Part shown: one piece after another, positions 1 through 13,100 of the stretch | Layout: each line of letters opens with the position of its first letter | Position numbering within the stretch: the stretch's first letter is position 1 | Source of the DNA: Patellaria atrata CBS 101060 | Taxonomy: Eukaryota | Direction of reading: 5' to 3' | Assembly (NCBI GenBank): GCA_010093705.1 | Contig: MU006089.1 | Span: 2,591,561-2,655,560 of the forward strand | Length of the DNA: 64,000 nt | The notes under the pieces: model-generated | Told to the model about the DNA's origin: nothing | Database searches by the model: none | What the model saw: only the letters and a program-made list of their open reading frames with translations | Made by a program: the position numbers and the translations under genes

Positions 1-466
1 TTGATGACTATTCTCAACATGAAGATCCCTAGTGATACTTTTAGGAACATAGTGGTCATGATGTAAGATGCTTCTGAGACGATGATCCACTGGTTCTAGT
101 GTCAGTTGCTGCTCAATTGGGAGGTGGGAAGTGTTAAGCGGACATCAATGACATTTTCAATCTGCGAGAGACTTTTGACATGTGTTCCGCCTCCATGTGC
201 ATGGACAACTAGTAACGCTGTACAAAAGACAGAGAAGAGTATCTTGGAGATTGTCAGCGTAAAGAAAATGGATAGTAAACGACATGGCGGCCACACACCA
301 CGGCTAATATCATAGTTACATCGTCCCACCCAAAGCTCTTTATTTGTATGATTCTTACATACAATCGAAGGGTTACAGATATCCAGGCCAATGTTAGAAA
401 GACGATTGCCACGGTAAACTGCACATGAGCTCGAGATTGAGTATCAGTATTGGAATGAGGTGCCAT
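1..466 (-). CDS. PTH11-like (fungal rhodopsin-domain) integral membrane protein, 5' part only; continues off the window
   Basis: ATG at 466. The protein reads VAIVFLTLAWISVTLRLYVRIIQIKSFGWDDVTMILAVV, the typical TM1-'LR.YVR....FGWDD' start. After two short GT-AG introns it continues WIIVSEASYIMTTMFLKVSLGIFMLRIV. Confidence 0.8.
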
Positions 467-1541
467 GGTTTCCCATGAAGCGCTCAATCGTCTGCAGAGA
501 GGAGTAATGAGAGGTCATTAGGGTGTTCGCACGTAAGACTGAACACTATGCATGTCTGATATAGAAAGTGGAAAGGTAAGAAACTTGAACGACACATTGG
601 AAAGTGACGACAACCGGTATTTCTGTTTCCCACATCGAATACAATGTTTGACAAAACTCGTGTAACAAAAAGGTCGGGTGACACCAGTTCCTCCGGAATG
701 GGTACTCAATAGACCAGTATGAGAGAAAGGAGAAACGGATAATAGGAAAGGGAAAAGATGAAAGAGAATTTGGAGAATAGAAATTGACGGATTGAAATCA
801 TATCTTTGCAACCTGCCATCGTATTATACTCCATTGATGAACAGTAAAGCTTGAAAGTAAAAGTTATGACGAGAAACTTGTCGTTACGAGATCTACGTAT
901 CCATCTGCAAGCGGATTGATGCCAGGGATATCGCCATGCGTCGTCAAGACATTTGGCGCTTGTGGTTGGTGGTACGGCACTAAGGTGGCTTCAGAATCAC
1001 TGTGCAGTGGTCACTTGACATGGAATGAATTAATTAGGTTCTGATATAAATAGGGTTTCTAATCGATAATTGACATATGCGGCGAGATGCTTTGTGATGA
1101 AAGTGAGATGGAGTTGTCAAGATCAATTGTACCCCTTGACCCCTGCTCTTGGCGCCCGAGCGACTCTGACGTCGATCCCTGGATCCCCCAAAAAATTCCC
1201 CGGCCTTGGTTTGTTTTGAATAATGGTCTGTGTACGTAGGTATGTTTAAGACAAGTTTATTCTCACATCATTTTAACGATGTTCATTGAATATCTGGATA
1301 CCTCTCGAGCGACTTGTCCAGCCCAATCGAGTAAAACTAAAGTATATCACTATTTATAAACAGTCTCCGGGATTAATGCGGGCTCCACGTTGTGTTTTAA
1401 AGCAAACCGCGAGATACGATTTCTTCGTCCATGTATTAACACCTAATACTCATCTGACATCACCTGACATATGTGCGCCTAAACCATCTCACGAAATAAT
1501 CGGAGTAGTGTGAAGAGATCACACCCGTATATAAACTCGAC

Positions 1542-2572
1542 ATGCCGCCGGGCACGCGTCGCCAGCCTCCTCCGGAGTCTGATCATTATGTGGACACTGA
1601 TAGCGAGGTTGAAGAAGTCAGTGGAGAGGAAGAAGAAGTTGATGTAGAAGCTGAGGATGTAGAGGAAGAGGAGGAGGAAGTCGAGGAAGAAGAGGATGAT
1701 GGACAAGGCGGTACGTTGCTTGTGCGGAGAGAAGGCAATCAAACCCCCGTTTTCGAGCTTCCACTCAGTCCCATTCCTGACTATTGGCTGTAGTAAAACT
1801 AATTCGGCACTCACATTATACAGAAATCCCAGAAATTTCACCCAATCCTCCCCCGATACCACCTAACTATAAAGAAATATCCGCACTGGCTTCCTGGACA
1901 GTAACTTCTGCGAAACCAGGTTGCGGCATCCCACAATTACGCAATTCGTCTACCTCTCTCTTCTGGCAGTCCGATGGTCCTCAACCACACTGCCTGAACA
2001 TACACTTCTTTAAACTTGTAGAGATCTGCGGTATGAGGATATTCCTCGACTTCGAGCAAGACGAAAGCTACACACCCACAAAGATACAGTTTCTAGCGGG
2101 TATGGGCTACAACGATCTCCAAATGTTTGGAGAGATGGCTTTCGAGCAGCCAAGAGGATGGATCGACGTAGACTTTTCGGGGGTCGGGTCAGGAGGTGCT
2201 TCTGCTCCAGGATCTTCGTCGTCCCAGACGGGCTCAGATGAGGAAGATGATATCGTGGAAGATGGTGAGGAACATATGGAGCTGGACGATGAGGGCAACG
2301 CAAAACCCAGAAAGAAAGGCGCCGTCCCCATCCTTCGGGCTTTTCTGGTGCAGGTCAAGATTGTCGAGAATCATCAGAACGGAAAGGATACCCATTTGAG
2401 GGGGCTGCAGATCTTTGCGAAGGATAAAGCGGCCGCACCAAGTACAAGACGACTTCGCGATGAGGTGGTAGGCCAAAATTCGTCGAGAGACAGTGTCAAA
2501 GTTCCCAAGAGGGCATCATTCTCCAGAGGCCTGGCGATGCCGCAATGGAGTACGGTACCGGAGCTGAGATGA
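1542..2572 (+). CDS. APC10: Anaphase-promoting complex subunit 10 (Doc1/APC10)
   Basis: Acidic exon 1 (1542-1710), then intron 1711-1823 (GTACGT...CAG), which joins in frame. DOC domain motifs KEISALASWTVTSAKPG, FWQSDGPQPH, DESYTP and NHQNGKDTHLRG follow. Confidence 0.95.
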
Positions 2573-3475
2573 TACTCATAAGTCGAAAGCATGCTTCCAT
2601 ACCCAAATCCCAAGAGCTGTAAAGGTTTGGTCATTACACAAAATTAAACCCTGCTTCGGAAGCTCAAGCACCTCATTCTTGAGGACGAGAATCAAACCCC
2701 AAGCCGGTGTAATGCATGTTTCATTACTGTACAATACGTTTGACTCCATAGTATCTTAATATCCCTTCCCTTTATCATCCGTTTTCTGTACACCTAGATT
2801 AGCATGCAAATTAAGTGGGAACTCGGAGCTTGTTGACATGTCCGAGAAACATTAAGACCAAGATTCTCAGCTTCGGAATCATATAACTCTTCTCCAACTG
2901 ATCCAAACGACGTCGAAGAGGATTGGACTTAGCATGTTACTTACAGCAAGACCGACGATGCTAATGGTTCTAGGAATAGCGTGATCTGCATCAAAATTTC
3001 CCGTTATGAGCATCCTTTTGAGCACCTTTTCGGAGGAACTTTTGCCCATTCCAGCGTCAACAACAACCTCATCTTGGAAATTATGAACTGCAGTGGCAGA
3101 ACTAGATGCCTCTTTCGTTTCAATTACTGCTTTTACGACTCAGGTGTGCAGAAGATGATTATCAGGGTTTCAAATCATGTCCACTTTTCATCATCTTAAC
3201 CCCATAATTGGCCTCTTGGTGCTGCATGAAAGAGCTCAGAACGGGATAGATTCGAAGTCATGGTATGCATCGCATGTAAAGACATGCAACTATCTTCATG
3301 ATAGAGGAGGAGCGAGGGCGACGTGGACCATTGTTGATGAGTGTTCGGGGAGCTGATTTGATGATAGGGGAAGGGAGTTAGAAAGTCAGGTAGTGATGAG
3401 GTGATTTGGTACCTGGAGGCACGGGGAACGACGTTTATTTATACATGTTTGCAAGCTTTATATTGATATCATACC

Positions 3476-4383
3476 GGTGCCACCACCGGCTTCGGCCAAC
3501 TCTCTTCCTTCACCTCGCCGCCAGCAAAAAACACACCACTACCGTCCTCTCACTGAGTCCCAATCCCACCCTCGCCTCCACCCTCAGCATCACCGTCATG
3601 CCCGCATCCTACGACGATCACAACTCCTTCGTCTCCGCCCTCACGGGCGTCCACACCCTCATAAGCACCATTGGATCCTTCTATCCCGCCGAAATGGCAT
3701 CCTCGCAACTGGTCCTCCTCACCGCCGCCAAAGAAGCACGCGTCGCTCGCTTCGCGCCCAACGAGTTCGCCCACCTCGTCTACGACGGCATCGACACGTA
3801 CGCCGGCAAGAAGCGCGTCTGGGCCGCGGCGAAGGCGAGCGGGTTGGAGGTCACGAAGTTCGCGACCGGGCTGTTCATGAACGGGCTCGCGATGAGGAGT
3901 CGAGGGAGTGGGAGTTGCTGGGCGGGGTTGAGGCCGTGGCATTTTTGCGTCAATGCGAGGGTTGGGAAGGCGGATTGGCCGGGAACGGGCGGGGAGAGGG
4001 CTGCGTGGAGCGAGATTGGGGATGTGTGTCGGTTTGTTGTTGCCGCGCTGGATTTGGAGAGGTGGGAGGAGGTGAGCGAGATCATGGGGTAGGTAGCGAG
4101 TTTTGGGGATGTGGTGGGGGTTTTGGAGAAGGTGCAGAGGAGGAGGTTTTTGGTGAAGGTGACCAGGAGGAAGGAGTTGGTGTGGTTGCCGGAGGTGCCG
4201 GGGAAAAGGTTTTATCATCAGACTAGGATCGTGTATACGAGTGATGCGGGGATGGTGGAACCGACTTTGAGTGAGAAGTTGAAAGAGATTAGACCGGTTA
4301 GTATTGAGGAGTTTATGAGAAAGGCATGGGAGGGGGTTGAGTTAGGGGAGCCAACTTGGGATGAGGATAGGACGTTTGGCTAA
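3476..4383 (+). pseudogene. NmrA/isoflavone-reductase-like NAD(P)-binding protein, disrupted
   Basis: The Rossmann motif GATTGFG (from 3476) is in a different frame from the body (SQLVLLTAAKEARVARFAPNEF, GLFMNGL, DVCRFVVAALDLERW), and no ATG precedes it in frame. There is an in-frame TAG at 4090-4092, after which the same frame continues (VASFGDVVGVLEKVQ...) to TAA at 4383. Confidence 0.8.
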
Positions 4384-4605
4384 GCAACTGGTGATATTAC
4401 TTCTAGTAGATATGAGACCGCTCCGTAACTGTATTACAGCTTGCTAAGTGTCCAATTAACGTGTCTTCCATTCCCGTGGTTGCTACATTTACATATTTAA
4501 CGCTTTGTTGTACGTACAGCAGGAAGTCTTGATCTTTTGTGCATATATTCCCACCTCTTCAATATCTTCCAAACTCATGTTTCCTGGATGACTTGCTTAG
4601 TTCTT

Positions 4606-7600
4606 CTACAGAAAAACCTTCTCGATCTCGACAGTGGCTTCCCTTTCATCTTTGACTTTGTAACCTGTTTCGTATCCGGTTCGCTGTGCATCGCATGGGC
4701 ACCATCTTGGTGTTAATTCGAACGTGAACTCTTTAGTCCACATATTTCCGGCATTAATTTCTCGTCGGATGGTGGTTCGGGCAACACACATTGCTTGTTT
4801 ACTTCAGCCAACAATTTCGTCGTCTTCTCCGGATCCCATTCGGAAAATTTTCTGGACAGGATCCCTGATACGGGGGTGACCTCGGACTGTACTGTACCGC
4901 CATACTGAATTCTCTATCCAAAATTCGATGATATCAAACCAACCAGTTTTATCACTCAGGTCTATCCCCCAAGAGTGAAATACTAAGAATACCATTCTAC
5001 AATACGCAGTCTTACCTCAGGAGGGGGGCCACGGGATATTGGTTCGCACTTAAGTATGAAAAGAAGGATGTCTTAATGGCCATGCGTCGTAGCCGTTTGA
5101 ATAGTATTTGGTGAGCCATGTACTAAGTAGACTGTCGGATCTGCCTCCATCCTTTTCGCCAAGTACTAATAGTGATTACGATTACATAAAACCGAATGGT
5201 AATAGATGTCCGTGAAGGAGGTATATAGGCAATCGACTCTCTTGAACTTCTCGATAGTAAGCCAAGAATCATACGAGCTGTCTAGTTCTGGATGACGTGT
5301 CACCCATGTGTAGTATTAGACCTCCGACCGGATACTGACAAAAGGAATATAGCATTCTTGGGTACTAAGAGTAGTTATCTTACCACTCGTGGCCGTTGAG
5401 GTACACTCTTCGTACCATTCTCTTCCGGCTTTTTCAATCTCGGGAAACAATTTGCCCATGGGTTGCAGAATATGAGCTTCGGGAGTATCAATAAATGATA
5501 ACACCCCCCTGATTGCGTACATAAGATTTCCGGGGCCCTGAGGGTATATATGTTTCAAATGTAGTAAGTTCGAGGCGCAACCCGCAATTGCAGGGCAGAA
5601 TACGGAACCCGTTCGGAAACGAAGATGAGTCAAAGTGGTAGTCGGCTTTAAGAAGTCTCGAACAGTTCGATGAAGATAATCTACACGAGAATCTGGGAAG
5701 TGCGGACTATAGGGTGTAACCTGAAGAAGGCCTTTGCAACGACTATATATGCGTCTTCTCATTATGTCTGCGTGTGCTTCAGCTTTTCATATGGTAAGTG
5801 GACAATATCTGCAGCTATAGCTGCTTCAGACCCTTCCTCCAAAAATGAAAGCTCTATGAGCGTGGAAGGCCGTTTGTCACGAGCATAGTCAACAACTTGG
5901 AATAATCGGGATGCTTCTTCGCGGTGTGAATCTGTTAAATCCTCTATAATGTGTTGAAAGAACATCTCGAGATCCTCTGGTAGAGCTCTTAAGCGTTGTA
6001 GCAGGATGCTAATCTTATCACCTTCCCTAATACCTTCAAGTAGAGAGTTGACAACGAGCCGTACCCATAAGAAAACACCGCTCGCTTTCTCCGTGATCTC
6101 TAGAGATGGGCGAGCACTTTCTATGGAAGACTCATCTTGAAGAGTTGCAAACATCATGTTTCTGTTGAGGTTCTCGGAAAGGAAGAGCTGGATGTCAGAG
6201 TGCGTTAAATCCTCAAGGCGCAGCCAAGGATGTAGATTGAAGGTATCTTCGAATTCCGGCCAAAGTCGACTTGAAACGCAAATTTTTATATTCGGATACT
6301 GGGAGATCTCCACGATGAACTTTGAAAATTTCAATAAGATTGCCATCGCACTCGTCTAAACCGTCAACGAAAACAAAGAAACAGGTCTCTTTAACATCTC
6401 TCAGTTTGCGCATAGCTCTTGTTGATTCTGGACGGCTCCATTTCTGCGTATTTCTCTTGCAATACGTAAACGTACTCCATATATCGGGAAAGAGCCGAGG
6501 TATGAGTTTCACGTTATCTTTCAGGATCTGGTAGATTAGTGACCCTAGAAGACCTGTTTGGAACTTCTGAAGAGGCGTTCCAGCACCCCAAAAGAAGAAA
6601 CCTGCAATGATGATAGGTTTTCCTTGTGCCCACAATCCAAGGTGTTCACGAGTTCTAGTATTATTGTAGAGAAATTTCATCAGAGTTGATTTTCCAGAGC
6701 TCGGTTTTCCGGTAATCCAATACAACGACCCATCTCCCTGCAGCCAATTGATAAAGCTGTATGTACCACGACTTGTCATTTCGATAGGACAAGGGAGTGT
6801 ATGAACTGTCTGCTCCTGATTGAGCGTTCAATGTACTAATAGTCTCTATCGGTATGGTTTGAGCTTCTGTAGCTTCATTAGGCCGGAAGACCTACTCGTA
6901 AGTCTTTCTGTGCGCGTCCGAGATGCTATCGTATCGATCTTCAATCTCGGGAAAGTGAAGTCCCGCGAGAAACTTGACTCCATGATCGTCTGTTTCGCGT
7001 TTATCGCAATACTTGACAGCTTTTCTGAACATGAGTGCACGCTTGTAGGATCGTCTGTACCGGAAATCCCAACGTCTCGTAGGGTATTCAGAATATCATC
7101 TAGTCATTTGTCCGCTGAATAGAAGAAAGAAACGGATAATTCATTTGCAGAGTCGTCCATTTTCAGGCTACTTCTATATCTCTTCTGATTATCCCACTTT
7201 CAGAATGTCGTTCAGCATTATTATATCCAAAGTTTGACTTAAGTAGACTTACTGGAAAGCAACTAAAAGAACACCATCAAGCTCCTTCCTTTACCTCTCT
7301 TGCCTCATCTCAAGACTGTCAATCTTGTCCTTGTTCCAAACACATTTGAGTGCTTGTCAGAAGAGACTTAAGCTATTCTGTGGTCCTTTAATCTCCAAGC
7401 CACTCAATACTTCTAGTAATTGAGAAGCAATTTGGTTACACCCTTGACATAGTTCCTGTAACCTCTTGTTTCCTTCTTGAATTCTATGAATCTTTTCGGA
7501 AGAACCGGAAACGGAGGAAAGAGCCAGTGAGTGGGTTAAATCTCGCAAACGGGTAGCAAAGCCCCGAAGCTCAACGTGTTTCTGGAGCACGCCGTTGGTC

Positions 7601-7701
7601 GATTGACGTAGTTCATTCCCTTTAGAGAGCAAGTCGCCGGCAAAACGGATTATCTGGAGCACACCGGCAGCAGCCCCTAGAACCGTTAAGGGATCTGCCA
7701 T
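4606..7701 (-). pseudogene. NACHT-domain (fungal NLR/STAND) protein with helical N-terminal domain, disrupted
   Basis: N-terminus MADPLTVLGAAAGVLQII; Walker A YWITGKPSSGKSTLMKF; Walker B FFVFVDGLDEC; NIKICVSSR; KASGVFLWVRLVV; RRRIYSRCKGLL; VDYLHRTVRDFL. It has in-frame stops (SLF*QALKCVWNKDKI at 7357-7359; RQER*RKEL) and frameshifts near 6330 and 5765. The 3' end is approximate. Confidence 0.88.
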
Positions 7702-8437
7702 CTAGATTGGAAAGATTGAACAGACAAAAGCTGTAGGAAAAACAGCTTGATAAGTCATTACTGGAATTTTCAGAGTGATATTGAGAAGTCAAGAAAACCC
7801 CACTTTGTGTAAGAGAGGACGGCGAGGATAACTACGTGGTTGTGCTCCCGTGTTTCCTACGCGGGATTTAAAATACAAGAGTGAAACCACCAGATTGGTA
7901 GTTAACTCCCTTAGCACAGAGGTATAGAGATCAGCATTAACAGATGAGTCCATGCACAGCTAACGTTAACGGAAGCCGACGCCATCTTCTAATCCAAAGC
8001 AACAAGAACCATGCAGTATATATTAAAGCCAATCTTAGGGTAAACGTGGGGTTCTATTCGAATCAAAAGTAGCGATAGGTTTTAGTAGGAAAATGATATG
8101 ATTAGTATTCACAGCAGGTAAACAGAATATCGAAAGAATATGCTGAACATTTACGCACGGTTCATTTGCTATGCAAGTTAGATCTACATCAAGGAAAAGA
8201 ATTGCAAATATTGGTGGGCATACAACGAAATGATTATCGTTAAAATACTTGCCTTATGCGGACTCAACCAATAGATTGCTTTGTCCTGAGTCTGAAGACG
8301 TGATGCCACTTACTTAACGATCTCCCAGGAGGTAGAAGTCAACTCGAGTTTTACCTTTTTCTACCATGCCATATTTGAGAATAGCCGTCACATTCTGGCG
8401 GTCAAATTGATCAGTGATATAGCGTTGTGATCTGAAA

Positions 8438-9427
8438 CTATGACGCCGCAGAATTCAAACTACTAGGGAGAATGTTACTGACTAGATTGATGGCCGAGCG
8501 CACAAAAGAACCAATGGATCTACGTTTAAGTCGGTCTATACACCTTAGTTCTTCTCTCAATATTCCACGTTCAACGTGAGCAGCCTTAAACTCAGCATAT
8601 CGGATCCGGCCGAGACGATACTCATCACGTATGTGATCGATCTGACCAATTCTTATGTCGATGTCGCGAGCACGGTCAGTGAAGAGCGCTTCTATCCTGG
8701 ATCGACGGTCCTTATGTTGATCTAGTGAGGAATGTCGTATCGTATGATATTCTCGATAATAGCGAAGCATTCTCTCAACTCCACGTAAAGATGGGGGTAT
8801 ATACCGTGATGTTCTCCCCAAGTAACGCCTGCCCGACGACAATGCGTACTCCAGTGCAAAGATGGGTACCGGACCGCTATTAATCGAATTTTGTCTCAGA
8901 AGGCGCGCGTCAGTAAAACCTGTCATGATAAGTTCCGAAAACAGATTATAATTTTCGGGCTGGGTATTATTCAACTGCGATCTATGCGCGTCTATCCATC
9001 TTGCCTCTTGAATCATCTCATCGACCGAGTCTCTAAGGTCCATTCGATCGTTTTGTCGTCGTTGGTGCCCCGAATTTGGATTGGCTAGACGAATTATTTC
9101 GTCAAAAGAGTTTCTAGGGTGGCTGTTCTGGGCTTCGAAGAGTACTTCCCGACATACGGGACAAGTTTGCTCTCCATTGAACCAGACCCGAATGCAGTCA
9201 TTCCCAAATATGTGTTTCCCTCTGCAAGGAATCTGTACTGGATAGTCGGCGGTCTGTTGTGATGCTGGTCCTTGGTCTGACCCCGTGGAGAAGTCTTCGC
9301 TACATATAATGCAGTATCGAGACTCGTCGTCAACGGTGGCAGAAATATGGATCCGCGGGAACTCCTGGCTCAAAAATTCAGCGCGTTGGGGTAATCTAGA
9401 CATATTTTGAGGGATTGTTGTACTCAT
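8438..9427 (-). CDS. RING finger protein, putative E3 ubiquitin ligase
   Basis: Single 329-aa ORF with CIIC...PCRGKHIFGNDCIRVW...TCPVCR near the N-terminus, a fungal RING variant with Gly at the fifth ligand position. Confidence 0.85.
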   Translation of the reverse strand: MSTTIPQNMSRLPQRAEFLSQEFPRIHISATVDDESRYCIICSEDFSTGSDQGPASQQTADYPVQIPCRGKHIFGNDCIRVWFNGEQTCPVCREVLFEAQNSHPRNSFDEIIRLANPNSGHQRRQNDRMDLRDSVDEMIQEARWIDAHRSQLNNTQPENYNLFSELIMTGFTDARLLRQNSINSGPVPIFALEYALSSGRRYLGRTSRYIPPSLRGVERMLRYYREYHTIRHSSLDQHKDRRSRIEALFTDRARDIDIRIGQIDHIRDEYRLGRIRYAEFKAAHVERGILREELRCIDRLKRRSIGSFVRSAINLVSNILPSSLNSAAS

Positions 9428-10133
9428 TTTTGGTTTCCGAACGAATCAATCCAGCTGGGGATTAAGTTGTTAAATAGAGAATGAGACATAAAACAATGCT
9501 ATAGATTACCTTGACTGAGGGCAAGCGTCCTTGTTTGTGAACAAGTTGATGAAACTTTGCTGCATTGTTTATCCACCAGTCTGCACGGATAGAACAGGCT
9601 CTATCCGCGCCATCATTATTTCACAGTATCCTACTACACATATATGAATATCATAGACACAAATAGAACGAACCGGACTCTTGCGACGCGTAGGGCGTCA
9701 TACTAACGGGTGAACGTGTGAGGTGGGAATAGAATTGACACCAGGTGGTCAAAATCACTCTTGGAGAAAGCAATTTATGATTACCTTATCATTCCCTTGG
9801 CACCCGACAGGCCCTAGGGTCCGAAGGTACGGTACTCCGTAGTTCTACCGTAGATCTACGTCAGGGCAACCGGCAACCTTAGCAAGGATTAGCGGGGTAA
9901 CTTCGGTTTGAGCTTTCCGCCCAACTACAAACATTCGCATATTATGATTCTTACCGTAAATCCTTCACCACCTGTTGTCGACCCTCGCTTCTTCGTTTCT
10001 TTCGAATTAATATTGTTGCATATGGGCACTATCGTCGCGCCATCATTGTGAACACCTTTCAATGGCTGAATGACCACCCTACGCCAACTATTCATTTCAA
10101 TTGCATGATCTACCTGACATCCGTACATCGCTT

Positions 10134-13100
10134 ATGATGTCTGAATCGCCGAGGGGTTCAACAGATAACACGGGTTTCAGTCATTCTTTGCTACCTTCTA
10201 CCAATCCGACAGATGAATATATTACACAGGGTGCTCTAGACACTTTTGTCAGTTCTAATTCCGGTCTTTACCCTGAACTAACTAACACTGTTTCCCACAA
10301 GAATCCTCAAATTACGCGTCCGAACACGAACTTTTGCTCTGTCAACAACTTTCATGCACCAACTTCAATGATATTTAGCAACAGTACACAAAGCGCACAG
10401 TTCAACAGTATAAAAAGTAGTTCGTACCATCCACATGCACAAGGAAAGGGCGAAGTAGCCGCAGGGTATGGTTCGGACATCGCTTTAAATTCCCCAATAT
10501 CGCGGTCTACAAGACAGAACAACAGTACCTCATCTTTTCCCATTGGGATGTTGGAAACTCCGTCAGCTGGACAAGGCCCAGCATCGTCTGGCCGAACCGG
10601 AGGCACGTTGCACTTATCACACAATGGATTTGCAGCCCAATCTCGCCCTCTTTCACCAGCTCTCTATCATGCTTCATTGCCTATTTTCAAGATCCTCCGC
10701 TTGCTACCTCCCGATTCATATTTAACTCTTCGCACCATTACCCAGGAAATGCCATGTTTACTAAGGAGTTCCCGAACCGCATCACAGACTTCGGACAACC
10801 ATTCATGGCAAATACAAGGTCCGAATTACGAGCCCCCGTGCATCCATCGACCTTCACCGGAAGTCACGTTCAGCATTCAAGAAGAAGAGGGTTTAAGGTC
10901 GGATGATGATAATGAGCTGGGTTTAAACGGCGTATTATTACCTCCCGATTCCGATTCCGATTCCTCTGACGACGATGGGTCCCTGTCAGAACCGCCAGGT
11001 GTAGCGCAGTCTAGCAACCCAACCAATGCGTTACACTTAGGGGTAGGTATCCCCAGCCGCGCAATTCCATATCCCGGTTATCGGCATCTGTCAAAGCTGA
11101 GAAGACCAGAGTCTGAACGCCCAGATCCTGCTTCTTCTATGCTTCTGTACTCTTTGCAAAGCCCACTAGCTAGAGGGAGCGATGTCTGGCCTAACGTTCG
11201 TGATCCGTCCAATATGCCTGCTGAATACTGGCCCATCGAATTCAAACGCCCGGACCAGACAGTCGGGATGCAGAGCCTGGTTGATCAAAATAATAAGACA
11301 TTTGGAAAGGTTTGGGCTGAGCATGATGGAGTCCTGCCATTCAAAAGCAACGTAATATGGCCCATGAAGAAATTGCCTACAGAAGTCTACGAAAATATCT
11401 GCGACTATCTGTCGCGCGATGATCTAAAGGCTATGCGTCTATCTTGTTCAGAATTCGACCGCATGATGGCACAAGTCCTATTCGAGACTGCCGTAGTTCC
11501 ATTCAACACTGAAATTTATGATATGGTAAAGTCGGACCAATTGACAGTTCGCGACGTAAAAGGTAAAGATAAATCTACGCACGAGAAACCGTCTGAGCCC
11601 TATGATGGAGATTTAGTTTGGATGAACGAAAAGCAAGATGACATTTACTCAGGCCCTGGAGTTGATGTCTTCAAAGGCTTCGGTCATCGTATTAAGAGAT
11701 TTGGTATGAGCTTCGAGGTGAACGGAAATGTTCTTGCTCGACCGCCCTCAAAAGGGTCTCGCGACCTCCATTCCAGCTTCTGGGGTGAATACGAATGGCC
11801 ATTCGAAGAATACCAGCGGTATGAAGCAATAGCGGGCCTTGAACACGCCGCTGATGAGTCACCGAAAATGAGAACTGCTTTCTCCTATTTGACAGGTGTT
11901 AAACACCTGGCCCTTTCCCTTGATAGTGGCTTAGGATGGCTTAATGGACCAGATCTTTCTATCCATGCAAAAGTGTTTCGTCGTCCACCTCCAGTCTTCT
12001 ACTCACAAAGACGATGCCCTGAACGTAAGCTTGAGGCTCAAAAACAACTTTGGGATTACCTGTCAAGATCTCATACAGAGGCTGGTTTGAAGCTTCAACA
12101 TGCGACGCTCTACAAGCAGGAACTGCACTACTTTGAGTTTCAACAATTCAAAAGTTTTATTAGGAACACCCAACGATTATCATCCAGTTCATATCTAGAT
12201 TCCCGTCTCATTGTTGATTCGAACGTAGACGACTCTAGCGAAGAGTTTGGAGAATCTTTTGAAGCGGAAGATGGCGCTGAAGGCAAAGCAAGAGCAAATA
12301 TGACGATACCTAAAGAATCCCAGGGAGTACTCTACACGATGGCAACAATTTCAAATGCCCGTGACAGACAGCTCTATAGAAAGCCCAGATTTACCCCTGG
12401 TACTCTTAGCTCAGCTCAAATAGAGTGGTTGCTCGAAACTGATTGGGCTCAGCGAGCTTTTTTATCATCATACATGCTCGCTGTCATGGACAATCCGCCG
12501 ATATTCGCAAGTATTCGATCTCTTACCTTTGCCCGCTTATCGAGCCAGTTCTTACCATTGCTCATGAGAAACGACTTTTGGGACGCCTTATCAAGCTTGA
12601 ATACGTTTTCCTTGAATGTAATTCCTATTTGGCGTCATATCATGAAGGATGAAGCTGGATATGTAACATCACAAGCTATTAATCCCTCCCATTCCATCAC
12701 GCCGTGTTACTTATTTCTCAGTACTATCATTGCACCAAGAAGCAACATCAAGCATCTCACTGTGGGATGGGCGGATGGAGGCGAAAATGCTCAGGGACTC
12801 TTTTCCAGAAACATGCATTTGCTACCATCGCCGGTTATATCTCGAGAACATTCACTCTCAGAGGAGGATGAATTCGAGATGGTACATTTCCCCCACCTGG
12901 AGAATCTGATCCTTTCCAATTGTTGGCTTGGTTCATCTGCGCTAATGTCACTCGTGAATATTCATAAAACTATGAGTCTCAAAGAACTCACTCTCGACTC
13001 GGTATCACTAGCGATATGGCCCCCACCTGAGCCAGGCCAAACACTAGCTACAGGCCTCCCAGGGGTATATTTGCAGCATCACGCCACGGGACCCGCTCAA

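Noticed and set aside
3477..4226. Long overlapping ORFs (3477-4226 +, 3550-4218 -) over the NmrA-like gene
   Set aside because: Arg/Pro/Gly-rich shadow frames produced by high GC and skew; no family motifs.
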